NCBI GenBank assembly: GCA_964440295.1
Contig: CAYTRT010000002.1
Location: 1 to 52,480, forward strand
Direction: 5' to 3'
Source: an uncultured Nitrososphaeria archaeon
Lineage (GTDB): Archaea; Thermoproteota; Nitrososphaeria_A; Caldarchaeales; Calditenuaceae
DNA length: 52,480 bases
Made by a program: the position numbers and the translations under genes. This document shows positions 45,791 to 52,480 of this stretch, one piece after another. Each line of letters opens with the position of its first letter. Positions within the stretch are counted from its first letter, which is position 1. The notes under the pieces are model-generated. The model was not told the DNA's origin, searched no databases, and was given only the letters and a program-made list of their open reading frames with translations.

Positions 45791-46633
45791 ATGCGTAAAT
45801 TACTGGAGATGAGGGTGGCGTTCCAGGGCGAGAAGGGCTCTTACAGCGAGGAGGCAGTAATCAAGCATTTTGGAGCAGACGTGGAGCCCGTCCCTAAGCG
45901 GACAATATCTGCCGTTTTCTCAGCAGTAGAGGTGGGAGAAGTGGATGCAGGAGTAGTCCCGATAGAGAATAGCATTGAGGGAAGCGTAACTGAGACGTAT
46001 GACTTGCTCTTAACAACCAGTCTAAAAGTCACAGGTGAGATATATCTGAAGATTGTGCATTGCCTCATCGGGCTACCAGGAGCAGATATCAGGTCAATCA
46101 AAAGAGTCTACTCTCATCCCCAGGCTATCTCGCAGTGTAGAGGCTACATCGCATCAATGGGCTTGGACTACGTGAGCATCTACGATACTGCCGGAGCGGT
46201 TAAACTCATTAAGGAGACAGGAGACAAGACGGCTGCAGCCATTGCTAGTGAGAGAGCGGCCGAGATTTATGGCATGCAGATACTTGCACGCGGCATTGAG
46301 GACTATGGAAGGAACTATACCCGTTTCCTTATTATTGGAAAAGACAGTCCTCCCCTCGGGGAGAGAAACAAGACCACCGTTATATTCACTCTTACGCACG
46401 TCCCCGGTGCTTTGTATCATGCATTAGGCGCTTTCGCCCTCCGTGGAATAAACCTCACAAAGATAGAGTCGAGACCAACGAGGAGCAGGCCGTGGCAATA
46501 CAACTTCTACATCGACTTTGAGGGAAGCATCGAGGAACCAAGAGTAAAGGAGGCCCTGACTGAGCTCTCAACAAAAACCCTATTCCTCAAGGTCCTGGGA
46601 TCGTACCCTATGGCGTTGGTGGAATACGAATAA
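45791..46633 (+). CDS. pheA: prephenate dehydratase with ACT domain
   Basis: VAFQGEKGSYSEEA, TRFLIIG, and the ESRP motif in the ACT domain. The start may instead be the second Met at 45809. Confidence 0.88.
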   Translation: MRKLLEMRVAFQGEKGSYSEEAVIKHFGADVEPVPKRTISAVFSAVEVGEVDAGVVPIENSIEGSVTETYDLLLTTSLKVTGEIYLKIVHCLIGLPGADIRSIKRVYSHPQAISQCRGYIASMGLDYVSIYDTAGAVKLIKETGDKTAAAIASERAAEIYGMQILARGIEDYGRNYTRFLIIGKDSPPLGERNKTTVIFTLTHVPGALYHALGAFALRGINLTKIESRPTRSRPWQYNFYIDFEGSIEEPRVKEALTELSTKTLFLKVLGSYPMALVEYE

Positions 46634-46661
46634 ATAAGAGAGAGTCTCTATTTTTACATCC

Positions 46662-47111
46662 ATGGAAATTCCTAGCGATGGATTATCAGATGAAGAGATA
46701 CGAAGGATTCTTTCTCTGAAGAACGTAGCAGTCGTTGGCATGTCGCGAGACCCCTCAAAACCGGCACACTTCGTCCCAAAATTTCTTTTGAAGCATGGCT
46801 ACAATGTTGTTCCAGTAAATCCGTTTACTGGTGAAATATTGGGCTTAAAGGCTTATCCCTCGCTTAGGGACGTCCCAGTAGAGATAGACATCGTCGACAT
46901 TTTTAGGCCGTCTGACCAAGTCTATCCAGTGGTTAAAGAGGCTTTGGTAAAGAGCCCCAAAGTTATCTGGATGCAGGAAGGGATCTACAATGAAGAGGCA
47001 GTGAGACTTGCACGTGAAAACAAGATAGTGGTTGTCTGGAATAGATGTATGATGAGGGAGCATAATAGACTATTCGGATCGAGACCATATATTTCTATGC
47101 GCAAACTCTAA
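46662..47111 (+). CDS. CoA-binding domain protein
   Basis: KNVAVVGMSRDPSKPAHFVPKFLLKHGYNVVPVNP is typical of the YccU/CoA_binding_2 family. Confidence 0.8.
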   Translation: MEIPSDGLSDEEIRRILSLKNVAVVGMSRDPSKPAHFVPKFLLKHGYNVVPVNPFTGEILGLKAYPSLRDVPVEIDIVDIFRPSDQVYPVVKEALVKSPKVIWMQEGIYNEEAVRLARENKIVVVWNRCMMREHNRLFGSRPYISMRKL

Positions 47112-47113
47112 TA

Positions 47114-48769
47114 CTATAAAATTCCAAGTAATGAAACGTCGAGCTCCAGCGCGGCGACCGGCATCTCTATCTTAAACTTCTCGAGCACTTCCGGATGCAG
47201 CTCGCCCATGAATCCTATCTCTACGTTGTCCTTCAACAGCGCCACAGATCTTCCAGGAATCATAAACGGATAATCCTTGGCATTTATTCCAATATCTATC
47301 TGTAGAGACCTAGCTATTTCTTCCTCTATTGATTTAATCTCTGAGTACGATGCAGAAGAATGCGATGTGACGAGGCATAGATGTAGTTTACGGACGAATT
47401 TCTCCGGCACGCTCTCATCTACTTGAAGCGTGTCGCCCAACTCAAAAAATCTCTGCGGCAAGGGGTTGTGCTTGTTTATTGCTAAGCACTCAAGAAGGCC
47501 TGGCAGCAATCTCACTCTCAACGTATTGTACTCAATTGATGCAGGGTTCAGGATGTCTGGAGGATTAGGATCAGTTATTCCTAAAAATTCATATTCTTTC
47601 TGCTTGTTTGATAGAGTTGTATTTACGGCCTCGGTGAAGCCCAGTCCAACCATGAGCATTCTCAGGATCCTCAATACTTCTGTCTCTCGAGTCAAGCGGC
47701 CAAAATTGGCGGTATATGGAACGATCGGTGTCAGCTGTGAATAGCCTATGCCTATCGCTATTTCTTCCGCGAAGTCTACTGGGTGCATAATGTCTACCCT
47801 ATATGCAGGCACTTCTATCTCGATATCATTACCATCTGGCCGCGCATCTAGCCTCATCCTTCTTAATGCTCTCAAAGCGTGTACAGGCCGAATGTCCAAA
47901 CCTATCAGAGATGCCTGCTCCTTCAAGTTGATTTTCCACCTAGTGGGCGTAAGATCTGGAGTAGTTACTCGCCGATTACCATACATGACGTCCACGCTGT
48001 ATATAGTACCACCCATATCGTGGAGAGAAGTTACAAGTATGTTGAGGGCATCAGAAACTGCCTTGAAATCGGTTCCAGTCACGTCGATGAATATGTCCCT
48101 CGTAGCCGGTGTTAACTCAGTTAATCGAGAATTAATGATTGGTGGAAATGAAAGAACCTCATCGTTAGAGGACATTATGAATGGAAAGTATTTCTTCCCT
48201 TCGAGTATTGCTCCATACTTAACTCCTGTGCTGGTCTCTTTAAGAATCTCGATTGGAGTCATCTTCCTAGTTTCTCCTAGCGGTACGAAGCTAATGGAGT
48301 CTGGAGGAATGGCCCTGTAGTAAACTGGTGGTTTGACCTTAGAATAATCGTGAAGACCAATGGCGACCTTTCTTCTATCCCTCCCAATAATCCAGTGGAG
48401 ATCCTCCTGCATAGCGATTATCTCCTCTATAACTTCTCCCTTCAGCTCGAGGTTTTTTATTATTGCGGAGACAACAAACGGCCTCACTTCACTCACCTTT
48501 GGATCGACTATCAGCTTTACGCCTGAGTCGTAGACTCTATAACGGGGCATGCCGGTCTTTAATCCAAGAATGCCCTGTAGTGCTCTAGCAACGCCCACGA
48601 CGCTTGAAAAGTCAGGCCTGTTTGGGTTGTATTCTGCCTTTACGTAGTCCTCACCTACTTCTTCAACGGCGAGTCCTAGCTCGCGAATCGCCTCAATAAG
48701 CTCGGCTATCTTGATCTCTCTTCCAAGGAGGGCTGATAATCTACTCATCTTAAGAGTAATCGCGGGCAT
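47114..48769 (-). CDS. pheT: phenylalanine--tRNA ligase beta subunit (archaeal type)
   Basis: 551 aa, B3/B4 and B5 region motifs, and immediately downstream of pheS. Confidence 0.9.
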   Translation of the reverse strand: MPAITLKMSRLSALLGREIKIAELIEAIRELGLAVEEVGEDYVKAEYNPNRPDFSSVVGVARALQGILGLKTGMPRYRVYDSGVKLIVDPKVSEVRPFVVSAIIKNLELKGEVIEEIIAMQEDLHWIIGRDRRKVAIGLHDYSKVKPPVYYRAIPPDSISFVPLGETRKMTPIEILKETSTGVKYGAILEGKKYFPFIMSSNDEVLSFPPIINSRLTELTPATRDIFIDVTGTDFKAVSDALNILVTSLHDMGGTIYSVDVMYGNRRVTTPDLTPTRWKINLKEQASLIGLDIRPVHALRALRRMRLDARPDGNDIEIEVPAYRVDIMHPVDFAEEIAIGIGYSQLTPIVPYTANFGRLTRETEVLRILRMLMVGLGFTEAVNTTLSNKQKEYEFLGITDPNPPDILNPASIEYNTLRVRLLPGLLECLAINKHNPLPQRFFELGDTLQVDESVPEKFVRKLHLCLVTSHSSASYSEIKSIEEEIARSLQIDIGINAKDYPFMIPGRSVALLKDNVEIGFMGELHPEVLEKFKIEMPVAALELDVSLLGIL

Positions 48770-48772
48770 GTC

Positions 48773-50332
48773 CTACTCACGCTCCCTCATGAGCCTGGAG
48801 GAGGTTACTGGCACGGATCTTATCCAAGATAGATCGTTGCGGTAAAGCTCTCTAATATCGCTGAGCTTGAGGACAGCCATTGCTAGTCTTTCAAGTCCCA
48901 ATCCCCAGGCTAATACTGGATACTTTACCCCGAGAGGCCTCGTCACTTCTGGTCTAAATATTCCCATACCGCCAAGCTCTGTCCACTGCCTAGATTCTCC
49001 GAGCAGCACCTCAACCTCGGCTGAGGGCTCCGTGTATGGAAAATAACTAGGCCTGAACCTGACATTTTTTATACCGAGCCTCATATAGAACTCCTTGATA
49101 ATCCCCATTAGATGCCGCAATGTTACAGACTTATCCATCAAAATGCCCTCGATCTGGTGAAGCTCGGCCAGATGCTTCCAGTCGACCTTCTCGTTCCTGT
49201 ACACCCTGTCTACGGTAAAGACTCTAACCGGCGGCTCGTTATGCTCGCTTAAGTATCTAATTGTTGTGGCAGTAGTGTGTGTCCTTAATACTAGTTTGGA
49301 GGCCTCGTCGAGGCTCCATTTATATCCCCATCCCCTCGAGCCAGTGTCGCCACCATCCTCATGCGTCCTCCTCACAGGATCGACAAACCTTACCGGCGGT
49401 TCACCCCTGCTAGGATTTGCTAAGTAAAAAGTGTCATGCATCTCTCTGGCCGGGTGGTCCTGAGGCTGAAACAAGGCATCAAAGTTCCAGAATGCTAGTT
49501 CGACCAATGGTCCACGTATCTCCTCAAAGCCCATCTCAATAAAGGCCTCCTTCACCATGTCAATCAGCATCGTCAATGGATGAAGACGCGCAGCAAAAGT
49601 CGCCTTAACAGGCGCGTAGAGATTGTATCTTGAAAAAACGACCTCTCTCCACTTTCCCGACGAGAGTAGTTCCGGCGTGAGCTGGCTGACCTCCTCAACT
49701 ACGGCTAGAAGCTTATCACCTAGTTTTAGCGCCGTCTCGGTTGGCGTTGCTATATGAATTATGTCCTGAGTAATTTTTACGATCCCAGGCCTCCTCGAGA
49801 GTCTTTCACAAGCTTCTGCATACGGCCCGAGACTTGAAAGCGATCTAGGGCCGGCCTTAAGTAGCTGTAAGACTATTTCCTCCTCCGTCCGCTCCTTCGG
49901 ATATTTCTTAAGTTCAAGGACCGCCTCGTTGCCCCTCCGCGTTATCTCGATCCATCCATTTTTCTTTGCCCATATAACTCCTATTCTAAGCTCTTCTTCG
50001 GAGAGGACGCTAGATGTCTGAATGTCAGCTAGTTCTGCCTCGCCGCCTATTCTTTCTAGGAAATCTACTAGCCGCCTCTCTGGAAGTCCCTTCTCGGCAT
50101 ATATCCTTCCTTCATTGTCGAGCTCTACTTTTTTATCAATAATGTTCTCCTCGACCTTTACGAGGTTTTTGGAAACTAGCCACTGAGCGGCCTTAGCCAC
50201 GGCTCCCTCTTCTAGGCCAGCCTTCTCAGCAATTACCGCGAAACTCGCGGGCCCTGTCTTTGTTAGGATTTGTAGTATCCGCTTCTCAATGGGGTGTAGG
50301 ATTAATTCCTCTCTCAGCGGGCCGTTGCTCAT
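48773..50332 (-). CDS. pheS: phenylalanine--tRNA ligase alpha subunit
   Basis: Class II motifs FQPQDHPAREMHDTFY, VFTVDRVYRNE and AWGLGLERL. Confidence 0.92.
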   Translation of the reverse strand: MSNGPLREELILHPIEKRILQILTKTGPASFAVIAEKAGLEEGAVAKAAQWLVSKNLVKVEENIIDKKVELDNEGRIYAEKGLPERRLVDFLERIGGEAELADIQTSSVLSEEELRIGVIWAKKNGWIEITRRGNEAVLELKKYPKERTEEEIVLQLLKAGPRSLSSLGPYAEACERLSRRPGIVKITQDIIHIATPTETALKLGDKLLAVVEEVSQLTPELLSSGKWREVVFSRYNLYAPVKATFAARLHPLTMLIDMVKEAFIEMGFEEIRGPLVELAFWNFDALFQPQDHPAREMHDTFYLANPSRGEPPVRFVDPVRRTHEDGGDTGSRGWGYKWSLDEASKLVLRTHTTATTIRYLSEHNEPPVRVFTVDRVYRNEKVDWKHLAELHQIEGILMDKSVTLRHLMGIIKEFYMRLGIKNVRFRPSYFPYTEPSAEVEVLLGESRQWTELGGMGIFRPEVTRPLGVKYPVLAWGLGLERLAMAVLKLSDIRELYRNDLSWIRSVPVTSSRLMRERE

Positions 50333-50433
50333 CCTTTTCGCCTTAACGAAGACTAGCCCTCTAACTAATATCTTTCATCTCCCATGTAAAATGATATTTA
50401 ATTAGATGGATACGCCTGGTTTAATCGGCAGGC

Positions 50434-50982
50434 ATGGAGAAAAAGCAGCAGGAGAGCTCATCTATAATATATGGACTACTCACCGACTCCGAGGTCGTTG
50501 TAGATGATAAGTCCGCCATTAGCGATCTTGTAAGCAGAGGGTACGGAGACCTCACCGATAAGGGTGTTATCAAACTCAACTCCTGCGAGGCTCTCTATCT
50601 AGTTGAAAACAACAGATTAATCGTCAAAACCAAAGATGGAAACGAGCTGAGTTTTAATGAATTGCTAAGAAAACTGCAATTACGGATTCCCCGGTTGTGG
50701 CTCCTATACCTCGTGTACAGAGACCTCAGACGTAGAGGATACGTCGTTAAGGAAGGATTCGGCGGTCCTCTCGCATTTAGAGTCTACGAAAAAGGAAGGC
50801 CAGACCAAGCATTATATCTGGTCTATCCATTCTTTGAAGGCACGCCTGAAAGCATAAACAGCCTCCTCGAGGCTGTACAATATTCTGTAAGTAAGGATAA
50901 ACAGCTCGTAATTGCAGTAGTTGAGAGAAGGGGCGAGGTGATTTATTACTCATGCTCAGAGGCGAATCTCAAAAACCTCTAA
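50434..50982 (+). CDS. endA: tRNA-splicing endonuclease family subunit (catalytic His not evident; possibly the structural subunit)
   Basis: EndA-like C-terminal domain (YRDLRRRGYVVKEGFGGPLAFRVYEKG...LVIAVVERRGEVIYY). The position that normally carries the catalytic His reads DQALYLV. Confidence 0.7.
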   Translation: MEKKQQESSSIIYGLLTDSEVVVDDKSAISDLVSRGYGDLTDKGVIKLNSCEALYLVENNRLIVKTKDGNELSFNELLRKLQLRIPRLWLLYLVYRDLRRRGYVVKEGFGGPLAFRVYEKGRPDQALYLVYPFFEGTPESINSLLEAVQYSVSKDKQLVIAVVERRGEVIYYSCSEANLKNL

Positions 50983-51827
50983 ACCCATTATCCTTAGCAT
51001 GGGCATACATATCTATGTCGAGGCCGCCAAACGGGCTGCTGATGTTTTTGGCCGTAGTCGTCGGCTCGTACGTCGCGTCCAAAAGCCTCCCTCAACCACT
51101 AGAGCTCTTCCTAGCGTTCCTCACAGCTTACTGTCTAAATGGATCATCGATGGTGATAAACGATATTATTGATAGAGAAGTTGATAAGATTAATGCTCCT
51201 TTCAGACCTATACCGTCAGGCAGAGTCAGCGTTGGAGCAGCAGTAATTTATGGAGGAGCATTAGGATTCATAGGACTCTTCTCATCATACATCATAGGAA
51301 TTAACACGCTGATCGTCGCTATAATATTTTACACGATAGCAACCATATACAATGTCTGGCTTAAACCCTTCGGGCTTATCGGAAACATAGCCGTAAGTTC
51401 TGCAGTCGTGGCGCCGTTCCTTTACGGCTCCGTATTGATGCTCAACACGGTATCTCCCGGTGTACTCATTCTTGGGTTCCTTGCCTTCCTAGCCAACATG
51501 GGCAGAGAGGTCATTAAGGGGATAGCAGATATTGAGGGAGATGCATTAAGAGAAGTGTTAACCGTCGCTAGAAGAAGAGGTAGTAGGAGGGCCTCGCAGA
51601 TCGGCGCAGGCTTCATCATAGCGGCCGTCGTGTTGAGTCCGCTGCCCATTGTCCTAGGCATACTCGGCTGGACCTATCTATTTTTAGTAACCATAGCGGA
51701 TGTTGGATTTATCTACTCAGTCGCTAAGATTCTGCTGGACCCCTCACAACAAACTGCGAGAAAAGTTAAACGCGAGTTACTAATTTGGATGGGTATAGCC
51801 TTAGTTGCATTCATAGTTGGTGTTTAG
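50952..51827 (+). CDS. UbiA-family prenyltransferase, DGGGP synthase-like
   Basis: NDIIDREVDKINAPFRPIPSG first Asp-rich motif, a second motif region GIADIEGD, and about 8 TM helices. An alternative start is ATG 51015. Confidence 0.8.
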   Translation: MLRGESQKPLNPLSLAWAYISMSRPPNGLLMFLAVVVGSYVASKSLPQPLELFLAFLTAYCLNGSSMVINDIIDREVDKINAPFRPIPSGRVSVGAAVIYGGALGFIGLFSSYIIGINTLIVAIIFYTIATIYNVWLKPFGLIGNIAVSSAVVAPFLYGSVLMLNTVSPGVLILGFLAFLANMGREVIKGIADIEGDALREVLTVARRRGSRRASQIGAGFIIAAVVLSPLPIVLGILGWTYLFLVTIADVGFIYSVAKILLDPSQQTARKVKRELLIWMGIALVAFIVGV

Positions 51828-51831
51828 ATGC

Positions 51832-52290
51832 TTACTCCGATATGTCTGCGGCCTCTCCGCTTGAGAGTCTTATCAAGTCAGCCGTCCTCAAGCTGATGAG
51901 AACGTTAGGTGACCCGCCCGACGTAATTATCTCTGACCTCTCTAAGACCTTAATGTCTATCAACACCCTAAGCTTGTCGGCATGATTGAATGGGGGGACG
52001 CCACCCACTTGGTATCCTGTGGCTTTGAAAACTTCTTCACGAGAAGCAAGCCTCACGTCCCGTCCTAAGAGACTCGATAGCTTCTTCAGGCTTACCTTTC
52101 CATCGCCCCTGCATATAACTACGATGTATTCTCCATCAACGCTGAAGACGATGTTCTTAGCTATGTCTGACGGGCTACAGCCCAATTTTTTAGCAGCTTC
52201 TTCAACTGTTCTCACGCCTCCCGTGAACTCATAATATTTGTATGTGACGCCATTCTCTTTGAGAAAATTGACTATGTCGGCCGGCCCCAT
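51832..52290 (-). CDS. YbaK/ProX-type aminoacyl-tRNA editing domain protein
   Basis: 152 aa with KNIVFSVDGEYIVVICRGDGKVSLKKL...GYQVGGVPPF, typical of YbaK/EbsC. Confidence 0.75.
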   Translation of the reverse strand: MGPADIVNFLKENGVTYKYYEFTGGVRTVEEAAKKLGCSPSDIAKNIVFSVDGEYIVVICRGDGKVSLKKLSSLLGRDVRLASREEVFKATGYQVGGVPPFNHADKLRVLIDIKVLERSEIITSGGSPNVLISLRTADLIRLSSGEAADISE

Positions 52291-52394
52291 GCCTTCTTCG
52301 CATTACTAAACTATCCTTAGCTTATAATTAAGACTTGTCGTATATGCGAGATGTCGATAAATGGATATATTTTCGTTAGATAACAATAATTTTA

Positions 52395-52480
52395 GACCCG
52401 CCGTGCCTTAAGCCTTGTCTGAGTGGGGCGCAACCGTCCCGGCTAGGAGGACAAGCGAGTCAGCGGCGGGTCACACTCAT
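52395..52480 (+). ncRNA. GC-rich structured RNA, truncated by the window end (SRP RNA 5' domain or another small RNA; identity unresolved)
   Basis: A perfect 9-bp stem, GACCCGCCG (52395-52403) with CGGCGGGTC (52464-52472), encloses a nested CTTGTC/GACAAG stem. GC content rises sharply after AT-rich spacer. TATA-like GATATATTTT lies about 27 nt upstream. No ORF is present. The strand is tentative. Confidence 0.35.

Noticed and set aside
1-52480. CRISPR arrays, transposases/IS elements, toxin-antitoxin pairs or recognisable defence systems.
   Set aside because: I found no regularly spaced direct repeats, no transposase, integrase or cas-like ORFs, and no small paired ORFs of toxin-antitoxin type. 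Gene content is metabolic and housekeeping throughout.

Overview
This is a 52.5 kb chromosomal segment of an archaeon. Marker genes include archease, DGGGP synthase, an EndA-type splicing endonuclease subunit, DtdA, ThiDN, archaeal PheS/PheT, a Tes-like radical SAM enzyme and an intron-containing tRNA-Ser. The tight 4-nt gene overlaps and moderately AT-rich sequence look crenarchaeal (Thermoproteales-like), but that placement is inference. About 55 genes are densely packed. I saw no CRISPR array, transposase, integrase or large repeat.

The main feature is a roughly 14 kb co-directional operon (11404-25730). It encodes two paralogous QmoC-like (HdrC+HdrE fusion) membrane iron-sulfur proteins, a short QmoA-like HdrA homologue, a full-length HdrA, MvhD/MvhG/MvhA ([NiFe] hydrogenase), the maturation endopeptidase, and HypD, a HypC-thioesterase fusion, HypE and HypF. 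HypA and an Mrp/MinD-type HypB are divergently transcribed upstream. No HdrB (CCG-domain) subunit is in the operon. The hydrogenase/HdrA module therefore appears wired to a membrane quinone-type anchor, and this is my best candidate for an undescribed system.

Other notable points:
- A thiW / P-loop NTPase / thiDN operon in which the conserved ThiD N-terminus has no canonical start codon and lies in frame behind the TGA of the upstream gene.
- A MoxR-DUF58(VWA)-membrane-surface protein operon.
- An EtfBA cluster coupled to a fused HdrE/HdrC/HdrD-like membrane Fe-S oxidoreductase and a 5-formyl-THF-cyclo-ligase-family protein.
- A truncated structured RNA at the right edge of the window.
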